Positions 18,184 through 25,487 of a stretch of 31,752 nt of DNA are shown piece by piece. Under the pieces are notes generated by a model. The model worked only from the letters and a program-made list of their open reading frames with translations, searched no databases and was not told the DNA's origin. A program made the translations under genes and the position numbers. This DNA comes from Methanobacteriota archaeon (GTDB lineage Archaea; Hydrothermarchaeota; Hydrothermarchaeia; Hydrothermarchaeales; JACRDW01): assembly GCA_043820925.1 (NCBI GenBank), contig JBDRDL010000061.1:1-31752 (forward strand). Direction: 5' to 3'. Numbering within the stretch: position 1 is the stretch's first letter; every line of letters starts with the position of its first letter.

Positions 18184-18993
18184 TTAACTTCCAAACTCCT
18201 CCCTCAGCTTAACAACGCCGCCAACAACAATAACCGCAGGCGGTTTTACTTTTTCTTTCTCAGCTTTTTTTACAATATTTCCGAGAGTACCGACTACAAC
18301 TCTCTGCCTTTTTGTTGCGCCTTCTTCGATTATCGCTGCTGGAGTATTTCCGCTGCGAGTTTTCAGCATCTGCGCAACGATTTTTTTTAGATTGCCAATT
18401 CCCATGAGTATGACTATCGTATCTGCCTTCAGGCTTCCGTAGTCCAACTTCTGCTCTATTTTAGTTGGGTCTTCCTGCCCGGTTACGACTGTAAAACTGC
18501 TTGCATACATGCGGTCTGTTACTGGAATGTTTGCAAGCGCAGGTGCTGCAATGGCAGAAGTCACTCCCGGCACTACTTCAAAAGCTATGCCGTGTTTTTT
18601 AAGTGCCCTTATCTCCTCACCCCCCCTTCCGAAAACGAAAGGGTCTCCACCCTTCAAGCGAACAACGATTTTCCCTTCTCTCGCCTTCTCGACCAAAATT
18701 TTGTTTATTTCTTCCTGGGTGAAAGCGTGCTTTCCTGTTCTCTTCCGTGAGGAAGATGGCATTACCGAAGGTAGGCGCAAGACGATTCGGTCTTGCTCAC
18801 GCAAGCGCCAGCTTCCTTTCGGAATCTTGCCCACATAGATCAGCTCGGTAGCATTCCTGGCGTGTTCTAGAAGCTCCTCACTCACCAGCCTGTCGCAGAT
18901 TATTACATCAGCCTTCCTAATTAAATCCAAACCTTTGAGTGTTATGAGCTCTGGGTCGCCTGGACCTGCACCCACGAGGTAGACTTTTTTCAT
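18184..18993 (-). CDS. cobA: Uroporphyrinogen-III C-methyltransferase carrying a 28-aa in-frame insertion
   Basis: VYLVGAGPGDPELITLKG, YVGK[insert]RTGKH..TQEEIN, VVRLKGGDPFVFGRGGEE, VVPGVTSA. Confidence 0.95.
   Translation of the reverse strand: MKKVYLVGAGPGDPELITLKGLDLIRKADVIICDRLVSEELLEHARNATELIYVGKIPKGSWRLREQDRIVLRLPSVMPSSSRKRTGKHAFTQEEINKILVEKAREGKIVVRLKGGDPFVFGRGGEEIRALKKHGIAFEVVPGVTSAIAAPALANIPVTDRMYASSFTVVTGQEDPTKIEQKLDYGSLKADTIVILMGIGNLKKIVAQMLKTRSGNTPAAIIEEGATKRQRVVVGTLGNIVKKAEKEKVKPPAVIVVGGVVKLREEFGS
18741..18828 (-). repeat. GNRA palindromic element, long copy (84-bp insertion plus 4-bp direct repeat) in cobA
   Basis: Minus strand AAGA TTCC-GAAA-GGAAGCTGGC...GCCATCTTCC-TCAC-GG AAGA; TCTT at 18741 and 18825, 84 bp apart. 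Confidence 0.85.
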
Positions 18994-19913
18994 TTGAACA
19001 CCAAGTTTAGAGATTTCTTTATTATCTCAGGATTTATCCTGCCCGCCTTTGCATTGTTTACATAAACTTCTGCAGGTGCAAAAATCGCAGGATTTATTTT
19101 GTAGAAATCATAGCCACATTCTCTGAAAATTTCTGAGAAAGGCTTGCCATAGGCAGGGGAAGTATTGGAGGGAATCTTCGCTGCATCTATATTTTCTTGA
19201 GTATAAAGGAAAACCTTCGAGCCGTAGATAATCATGTCGTTAGTCACGCCCATCATCTGGGCATCGTTACCAACCACAGGAGCGACTGGAGCGCTTCCGA
19301 ATGCAGCTTCTATTGCATTGACATCGTAACCTAAATAATCGAGCTTGAAAAGTGCTGTCTCTACCATCCTCGCAGATACCTGTATCGAGCCCACCAGAGA
19401 GGCTGTTCTTGCGATTAAAATGTAGAGGTTCTTCGCCATTATTCCGCATTCCTTTGCTATGCTCTCGCAGATTTTTTCGGTTGGGCACTTGCTTGTTTCT
19501 AAGGCAATCAGCGCTTCTTTTGCTTTTTCAGAGTAGTCTATCTTCTCAAAAGTTTTTCGAGGTACCTTCGCTAAAATTCTCGCAGGTCCTGAGCCAATGG
19601 CTGAAAAATTCTCGCCTTTTATATTCCAGCCTGCCTTCTGCGAAGCGAAGCAGGCGAGAGCAGGAAAGTCCGTCGCCACCTCGATGCTCGGCAGCGAGAA
19701 ATCCCTGAAGTGCCTCATTGAGAATTCAAACTCTGCCAAGCCCCCCATGCATGCTTGAGCAAAAAGTTTTCCTGCCTCGAAGCTGCCATTCGCCTCTATG
19801 CCGCAGTCTATTATTTTTGCGCCGTTGCGCAATTTAAAAGAATTAATTTTTAATTCCTCCTGCCTTTCCAGCATTTCTTCTGCAATCTTAACGGCGTTCT
19901 TGTTTAGATTCAT
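18990..19913 (-). CDS. mch: Methenyltetrahydromethanopterin cyclohydrolase
   Basis: IDCG, CMGGL, SQKAGW, GSGPAR, TASLVGSIQVSARMVET, MG.TND.IIYG, YGKPF..IF...YDFYKI..AIFAPA. Confidence 0.93.
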   Translation of the reverse strand: MNLNKNAVKIAEEMLERQEELKINSFKLRNGAKIIDCGIEANGSFEAGKLFAQACMGGLAEFEFSMRHFRDFSLPSIEVATDFPALACFASQKAGWNIKGENFSAIGSGPARILAKVPRKTFEKIDYSEKAKEALIALETSKCPTEKICESIAKECGIMAKNLYILIARTASLVGSIQVSARMVETALFKLDYLGYDVNAIEAAFGSAPVAPVVGNDAQMMGVTNDMIIYGSKVFLYTQENIDAAKIPSNTSPAYGKPFSEIFRECGYDFYKINPAIFAPAEVYVNNAKAGRINPEIIKKSLNLVFK

Positions 19914-19967
19914 GCACAACTATTGACATGAGTAAATATAAATATTCTGAAAAAGAAAACCAAAAGC

Positions 19968-20675
19968 ATGAGGGTAAAGCTGCTGAAGTACACGAAGGGC
20001 GGCACAGAGCTGATAGCGAAGTCTGCCAGGGTGAGCGGTGTTCCAGAGGATATTCCTGACAGAGAAATCGTCAGAATGATTGTGGAGAACGACTATTCCT
20101 CTGCTTTGGAGCACATTCACTTTACCTTCGATTTGCAGGACATAAGCATCGCACTGAGCAGGGAATTGCTGGAACATAGAATTGCTTCTCATACAGCAAG
20201 GAGCACCCGCTACGTTGAAGAAGCGAACTTCGGATATTTTGTTCCGAAGGAATTTCAGAGGAATAAAAATGCGCTGAAGCTATACAACGATACAATAAAA
20301 CAAATTGCGAATGCTTACAGAGAGCTTCGAAGCATGAAGAGTACAAGAGAATCTGCCCGCTATGTTCTGCCCCTCGCTGCGTATACTAACTATGTCTGGA
20401 CGATAAATGCAAGAAGTCTGATAAATTTCCTCGGCTTGCGCCTGTGCGTCAGAGCCTCGCCGGAAATTCGAGAGCTTGCGAGGCAGGTGCACAAAATTGT
20501 TGCGAAAATCTACCCGGAAATTTTTAAAAATCTTGGCTGCCGGGGAGTGAATCTTGCAGCCTGCCCTGAGAACGGAGTCAGAGACTCGCCACAGGGTAAG
20601 CTGTGCCCGTACAAGATAAAAGGAAGCAAGGCGTTTATACCGACGAAGAGGCATGTTAGAGAGAGGGAGTGGTAA
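19968..20675 (+). CDS. thyX: FAD-dependent thymidylate synthase ThyX (variant motif)
   Basis: SALEHIHFTF, EHRIASHTARSTRYV, ESARYVLP, NARSL.NFL.LRLC.RA..EIR. Confidence 0.85.
   Translation: MRVKLLKYTKGGTELIAKSARVSGVPEDIPDREIVRMIVENDYSSALEHIHFTFDLQDISIALSRELLEHRIASHTARSTRYVEEANFGYFVPKEFQRNKNALKLYNDTIKQIANAYRELRSMKSTRESARYVLPLAAYTNYVWTINARSLINFLGLRLCVRASPEIRELARQVHKIVAKIYPEIFKNLGCRGVNLAACPENGVRDSPQGKLCPYKIKGSKAFIPTKRHVREREW
20637..20675 (+). repeat. Direct repeat copy 1: last 13 codons of thyX including the stop
   Basis: ATACCGACGAAGAGGCATGTTAGAGAGAGGGAGTGGTAA; copy 2 at 21374-21415. Confidence 0.85.
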
Positions 20676-20754
20676 GGAAAGAAGAGTATAGAATATCTTT
20701 GTTAAAAACCAGCAACCTAAAATATTTGACTTCAAATATCAGTATTGATGTTAA

Positions 20755-21018
20755 ATGTCAAAGGTTATTAGAGACGTAACGAAATATTTCACGCCAGAAG
20801 ACGTAGTAGATATTCGAATCGTAAAAGAGGAAAATAAATTCGTCGGTGCACATGGTTACCTCCATATGCAAAAGTTCTGGCAATCACCGAAACCAATAAA
20901 GCTTCCTGAATTCGAGCACATGAACATGAAAAATGTGTTTGACAATTTCTGGAAAGACCTCGAAGAAAACTGGGAAACGTATAGAAGAAATATGGAGCGA
21001 AAAATATGGACAAGATGA
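20755..21018 (+). CDS. Small putative toxin-like protein (AHGxxH motif, DUF6516/DUF7718-like); possibly internally deleted
   Basis: GAHGYLH motif; overlaps the downstream HTH gene, giving a two-gene TA layout. Confidence 0.5.
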   Translation: MSKVIRDVTKYFTPEDVVDIRIVKEENKFVGAHGYLHMQKFWQSPKPIKLPEFEHMNMKNVFDNFWKDLEENWETYRRNMERKIWTR

Positions 21019-21374
21019 AACAGAAATGGAAGGTTATGAAGTCTTTCATCGATGATGTCATCAAAGAGCCAGAAAAATATCCTGAAAGACTGGCTGTATT
21101 TGTTCTCACGGATGAAGAGCTGTGTAAAATCTTCACAAAAGAAAGACTTAAAATTTTGAGAACGATTAAAGAGAAATCGCCATCATCGGTGAAAGAACTC
21201 GCAGACGTTATTAAAAGAGACATTGCGGCTGTATACCGAGATTTGAAACTGCTTCAGGAGTATGGATTGGTCAAGATGAAAAGAGAAGGGCAGAAAGTCA
21301 GACCGGTAATTGACAAAGAAGGCATATTCCTGCCGCTTGCGGAACCCAAACCGATAAGTGCACTTGCAGAATAA
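21006..21374 (+). CDS. Winged-HTH protein (HVO_A0114/MarR-ArsR-like), putative antitoxin
   Basis: IFTKERLKILRTIKE..PSSV.ELA..IKRDIAAVYRDLKLL..YGLV. Confidence 0.78.
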   Translation: MDKMKQKWKVMKSFIDDVIKEPEKYPERLAVFVLTDEELCKIFTKERLKILRTIKEKSPSSVKELADVIKRDIAAVYRDLKLLQEYGLVKMKREGQKVRPVIDKEGIFLPLAEPKPISALAE

Positions 21375-21415
21375 TACCCACGAAGAGGGATGTCAGAGGA
21401 AGGAGGGAGTGGTAA
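21374..21415 (+). repeat. Direct repeat copy 2: diverged duplicate of the thyX 3' end
   Basis: ATACCCACGAAGAGGGATGTCAGAGGAAGGAGGGAGTGGTAA translates to IPTKRDVRGRREW*, versus thyX IPTKRHVREREW*. Confidence 0.85.
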
Positions 21416-21484
21416 TAAGCATGGCGTAATACCAGTTGCATCCAAATAGAAAAGATTAAGAAAAACAACAAATTAAGGATAGTT

Positions 21485-21883
21485 ATGGATGAGGAAGAAA
21501 GTCGAAAAACTTTGCTAAACATAAATTATAATAAACTTCTGGCATACCTCGGTGGAGACCTTGTAGCTTTTTTCATGTTATTCCAAATTACTACCGAAAT
21601 CCAAAATCTTCCACCATTTTTAGCGGTTCTAATAGCCCTATGCGCCTTCGGCGGTATTTGTGTCTTGACAATGGCAAGCTACAAAAATTACGAGGAAATA
21701 ATAGACCTTGAAAACAAACTTGGATTGTCAAATTTCATAGAACCCAGTGGCTTTTTTTCTAAGCGGAAGAGCAAGGATAGTCCAGAAAGAGAAGTATCAT
21801 GCTACATAAAATTTGCCGTGGGAGCATTTATATTGGTCTCTTTCATTATGTTATTGTCGATAATATGGGTGGGGATAAGTTGA
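21485..21883 (+). CDS. Hypothetical membrane protein (about 3 TM segments)
   Basis: 132-aa ORF with hydrophobic segments; AT-richer than the flanking housekeeping genes. Confidence 0.6.
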   Translation: MDEEESRKTLLNINYNKLLAYLGGDLVAFFMLFQITTEIQNLPPFLAVLIALCAFGGICVLTMASYKNYEEIIDLENKLGLSNFIEPSGFFSKRKSKDSPEREVSCYIKFAVGAFILVSFIMLLSIIWVGIS

Positions 21884-22317
21884 GCCTATACGTTGAATTA
21901 CTAAGACATATATCGCTTCTTCTCAGAAGAACACTTATTACTGTAGATGTTGTGATTAAAAGAGCAGACGGTTCGATAGTGCTTGTAAAACGAGCATTTG
22001 ACCCTTTTAAAGGATACTGGGCACTTCCGGGTGGGTTTCTCAAGTTTGGTAAAAGCGTAGAAGAGACTGCTATTAGAGAGGCAAAAGAAGAAACAGGTCT
22101 TGACATTAAAATTGAAGATTTGTTAGGAGTTTATTCGGATCCAAAAAGAGACCCGAGAGGACATATTATCTCCATCTGTCTCATAGCTAGAGAAGTAGGG
22201 GGAGAATTAAGAACGGGGTCGGATGCTGCGGAAGTTAAAAGTTTTAAAAAACTTCCAGAGAAACTTGCCTTTGACCATAAAGAGATGTTAAGAAAAGCTG
22301 GTTTTGTTAAAGAATAA
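21880..22317 (+). CDS. Nudix hydrolase (ADP-ribose pyrophosphatase-like)
   Basis: WALPGGF, Nudix box G.SVEETAIREAKEETGL, YSDPKRDPRGH, LAFDH; TTG 21880 overlaps the upstream stop. Confidence 0.9.
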   Translation: MSLYVELLRHISLLLRRTLITVDVVIKRADGSIVLVKRAFDPFKGYWALPGGFLKFGKSVEETAIREAKEETGLDIKIEDLLGVYSDPKRDPRGHIISICLIAREVGGELRTGSDAAEVKSFKKLPEKLAFDHKEMLRKAGFVKE

Positions 22318-22358
22318 AGCAGTTTTTGTTTAACCGCAAGCGCGGGCGAGCGATAACT

Positions 22359-23306
22359 CTACCCAACCTCTACCTTAACTTCTCCTCCAGCGGGAATTTC
22401 GGGCAATACTGCGTACAAAACATCTTTATATTCTCGAGTAGCGACTGCGCCTGCAACTTTCTTTTTTGCCATGAATTTTATTGTAGCGCCTTTAACGCTT
22501 GCATCTCCGTTATTCTTTACTGTAATTTCGCTGCCTTTAATTCGCAGCTCGAGTTTTTCCCTCTGCGCCCACCACTCAGCAACCTCGCCGGCAGAGGCGA
22601 GCCAGACATTTCTTGCGCCTGCGAAGTTTATAAAATGAGAGAAATCCTGCAAGTTTTCATTGACCCGTTTTGTATGTGCATAAAAAGTAAAAAGCGCATC
22701 CTCGTCATAGCTCTTTTGAAAAATTATATAAACAGGTAGAGCAGAGTAGCCAGTCACATTTTTGTCCCAGTATAAATCGAAATTCAGAGAAAGCGGCACC
22801 TCGATTATTTTTCCAACTCTGTAAGGCAAAAATCCATGATACTGCGAGGAATCGTACCTGTAGTTTAGCGATTCTAAAACCTTAAAAGTGGCTGCATCGC
22901 TCCTCAGAAATGGCGCCCTAAATCCGGCTGGAGTAAAGCCGTTACTGCGGAGCCATTCGTCTGCCCTTTTAATTTCGCTCTTTTGGAATTCCCAGGTTAG
23001 CGTGGCATTTGCCCAGTTGCTCTGCATCCAGCCCAAGCTCGCAACCTCATATTTTTTTATGACTTCCAAGTCATGAGGATTTTTTTGGAAGTAGCCTGCG
23101 ACGACAAAAAACGTAGCGTTTGCATTTTTAGAAGATAGAACAGCGGCGATATCGCTAAGCTGCTGGGGCGAGGCTGCCTCGGCGTCAAAAGTTGCAACAA
23201 TTGCGGATTTGTAGCCATTTGGCCAGTTTGCTATGCTTATTTCTTCTCCCGGACCTGCTGTAAGACAGCCAGAAATCAGCAATAACAAGACAATAAATCT
23301 GCTCAT
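22359..23306 (-). CDS. Lipoprotein with a polysaccharide deacetylase (NodB/CE4-like) fold and degenerate metal site
   Basis: Lipobox LLLLISGC; TFD.E, ATFFV, GFRAPFL, YRYDSS. Confidence 0.75.
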   Translation of the reverse strand: MSRFIVLLLLISGCLTAGPGEEISIANWPNGYKSAIVATFDAEAASPQQLSDIAAVLSSKNANATFFVVAGYFQKNPHDLEVIKKYEVASLGWMQSNWANATLTWEFQKSEIKRADEWLRSNGFTPAGFRAPFLRSDAATFKVLESLNYRYDSSQYHGFLPYRVGKIIEVPLSLNFDLYWDKNVTGYSALPVYIIFQKSYDEDALFTFYAHTKRVNENLQDFSHFINFAGARNVWLASAGEVAEWWAQREKLELRIKGSEITVKNNGDASVKGATIKFMAKKKVAGAVATREYKDVLYAVLPEIPAGGEVKVEVG

Positions 23307-23360
23307 CGATTAGATTATTTCCAATTTCCTATATGAAACTTTCTAAAATGGGGGAGGGGA

Positions 23361-23404
23361 AACCCATGAGGCACGATAAAAAAAAGTTATGCGCCCCATG
23401 AGTT
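23361..23404 (-). other. Long intergenic RNA hairpin (terminator/processing site or small ncRNA)
   Basis: AACTCATGGGGCGCATAA / TTATCGTGCCTCATGGGTT form 18 bp with three G-U pairs and one bulge, closed by a U-rich loop. Confidence 0.55.
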
Positions 23405-23447
23405 CTATATCAGGAGCAGCAACCGACATCAGCAAAAAATATTGAAA

Positions 23448-24467
23448 TCACTGTGCATGAAATACTGCAGCTACAGTCCTCTTTAGCAGCAGGTGTGCAA
23501 TTTCTTGAGAAGGCCAGCTTCCCAGTCCGCAGTCAGGTCCCACAAAACTAATTCTTTCCGAGAAATTTTTTTTGAGTTTTTCGTACCTAGCTCTTATCAC
23601 ATTCTCCTCCTCAACTAGCTGCTCCGGGCTCGGGGAAATACCTCTCTCCAGCCATTCGGCTAGGATAGAATCTATATTTGTTCTGGTTATTCCTGCCCTG
23701 AGAAACTTATCATATTTTTCCAAAACTTTCTTTGAAATAAGTTCCAAATTCTGCGGCGAGGCTGCGAACTCGCTGCCTATTGCATCGATGCCCCTTGCCC
23801 TTAGAGGTATCTCGGCCGCCTTCAAAGTATGCAAGTGAATCTGCACTTCCGCTGCGATGCCGTCAACTGATTTTTCCAAAGCTTTGATTAAGACATCATC
23901 CCCAACATTCAGCAAATCAACAAAACCTAAACTCGGCTCGTCGATAGAAACAACGCTTGTCTCTATATATTTTGTGCTCAAAATTGCATTTCTTAAAAAA
24001 CTGTTAATACTCCTCGCAAGATTTTCCAAGACTTCTTCGTAAACATAGTAGCCGAAGTTCGTCCTGGTATATAGTTCTATTGCACCTGTTACGCAGACCT
24101 TTAGCTTTAGCCTGCCCTTCTCCTCAAAATATTTTTTCGCCTCTTCCTGAACAACAAAGAGCTCAGGAATAACCGCATATTTATTATCTATGAGAAACGG
24201 CTCGGTCTGGTGCTGCATAATAGCATCTAAGAACTGCCTGTGCATGTCGTAGTGCTGCGGATAATTTACAATGTCCAAGCCAGAGTCTATTTTAAACTTA
24301 AGAGAGCCCGCAACCGGCTTGTAAAATTTTTCGTATAGCTGCGAATCTTTAAGCAAATCTACGCCTTCAGCAAAAGCTCTTTGCGCTTGAGGATAAACTT
24401 CTGCAAACTCGCCCTTGCTAACTTCCTTCGGAAGTGGAAAGCTTCCAATGTCGTCTACGAGAACCAT
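23448..24467 (-). CDS. Core (MetE C-terminal-domain-only) methionine synthase of the Methanosarcina/Archaeoglobus type
   Basis: DDIGSFPLP, NYPQ..DM..QFL, KVCVTG..ELY, SIDEPSLG, QIHLH, GPDCGLGSWPSQE. Confidence 0.8.
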   Translation of the reverse strand: MVLVDDIGSFPLPKEVSKGEFAEVYPQAQRAFAEGVDLLKDSQLYEKFYKPVAGSLKFKIDSGLDIVNYPQHYDMHRQFLDAIMQHQTEPFLIDNKYAVIPELFVVQEEAKKYFEEKGRLKLKVCVTGAIELYTRTNFGYYVYEEVLENLARSINSFLRNAILSTKYIETSVVSIDEPSLGFVDLLNVGDDVLIKALEKSVDGIAAEVQIHLHTLKAAEIPLRARGIDAIGSEFAASPQNLELISKKVLEKYDKFLRAGITRTNIDSILAEWLERGISPSPEQLVEEENVIRARYEKLKKNFSERISFVGPDCGLGSWPSQEIAHLLLKRTVAAVFHAQ

Positions 24468-24634
24468 GTCATATGTTCGTCTTTTAGATAAATAGGTTTT
24501 CGGTCTAGGCGGTGTTGCATTGTAGGGGCTTCTAATAATGTTTGCAGGTAGTGTTGAATGGGAGGTTGACGTTGAATGCGGTTGATGAATAGTCGGTTGG
24601 TAACTTTTTTATATGGTGAAATCGAATATATATT

Positions 24635-25057
24635 ATGGATCCCTTAAGACGTGTCCTATCCCCCCCACATCTTGAGTATATTGAGGGAATTGTTACTTAT
24701 TTTGTAATGGGATATCTTGTTCTATTAGTATGGCAACCTAGCCTTTTTTTAAAATTACACATTTTTACACAAGGAATCTTAGCCGTAGCGGTAAGCTTGT
24801 CCTACTATTTAGTTGTGAAAAAAGTATATTCAGCCATATTAAACAAAGAAGAAATAGAAATCCATTACCTAACTTGGTTCAATAACGTCTTTTTTGTCGT
24901 TCTCTTAACACTATTTGTTTTTATAAGCATGCTTACACAAAAATCATTCTCAGAACTTCAAAAAGGATTTATAATCCTTGGTCTACTAATAATATCCCCT
25001 GTATTTAATTTGGCATCTAATACGATATCTAATAGGATGAAAAAAAAAGAATTATAA
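24635..25057 (+). CDS. Hypothetical AT-rich membrane protein (about 4 TM segments)
   Basis: 140-aa hydrophobic ORF preceded by a TTTTATAT box; composition differs from neighbours. Confidence 0.62.
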   Translation: MDPLRRVLSPPHLEYIEGIVTYFVMGYLVLLVWQPSLFLKLHIFTQGILAVAVSLSYYLVVKKVYSAILNKEEIEIHYLTWFNNVFFVVLLTLFVFISMLTQKSFSELQKGFIILGLLIISPVFNLASNTISNRMKKKEL

Positions 25058-25365
25058 ATAGAAGTTTAGGCTCTTATTTTCCAATAATTTCTTAGCCAAG
25101 TTCTCTTTATCCCCATTCTTTGCCCTGATACTTTGCCTTATCAACCCCCCCCACTTCTTTTCGCCAAGACCCAAGTTGATACCTGCAACCTCGGTTGGAG
25201 TCTTACCGTTTAAGGTCGTGTGCGGCCTTATGAAATTGTGATAATCCTTCATCCTCTCCAACAAAGCCTCTGACGTCTCTTCGTTCTGGATCACTCTCAT
25301 AACCTCGGTTCAACCAAAAAATTTCTTGACAGCGCCAAAAGTTTCTCTTGCCTCTTCCTTAGCCA
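25052..25365 (-). mobile_element. DDE transposase remnant (IS6-like/integrase-core archaeal type), C-terminal fragments only
   Basis: T.VMR..QNEET...YHNFIRPH.TLNGKTP.EVAGI.LG...KW..LI; upstream scraps KEEARETF and AVKKFF followed by a stop. Confidence 0.72.
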
Positions 25366-25487
25366 AAAGGCTGCACCGCATTTACGCCAAGATTGCTCCG
25401 AACTGCCCGACACCAATATGTACCAAATTTATAGGCTGATAGGAATTTCATGGGAATCTATTTATTAAATACCGCTAAAATAAAATC

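Noticed and set aside
18735..18835. Insertions as archaeal bulge-helix-bulge mRNA introns
   Set aside because: The flanks do not form the 4-bp central helix with two 3-nt bulges, and one copy is intergenic and antisense. RNA-level removal by another route is not excluded.
22333..22352. GC-rich CCGC-AAGC-GCGG between convergent genes
   Set aside because: A 4-bp stem is too weak to call a terminator or element copy.
23409..23432. TGATGT-12 nt-CTGA on the minus strand as a C/D box sRNA
   Set aside because: The C box is imperfect and there is no second C'/D pair at the expected spacing.
23513..23522. GGAAGCTGGC (minus strand) identical to the core of the palindromic element
   Set aside because: It encodes the conserved GSWP of PDCGLGSWP; there is no TTCC-GNRA hairpin, no right arm and no length anomaly.
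24510..24600. Recurring GTTGAA-like words suggesting a degenerate CRISPR array
   Set aside because: The matches are only 5-8 bp and irregularly spaced, with no 25-40-bp repeats, no spacers and no cas genes.
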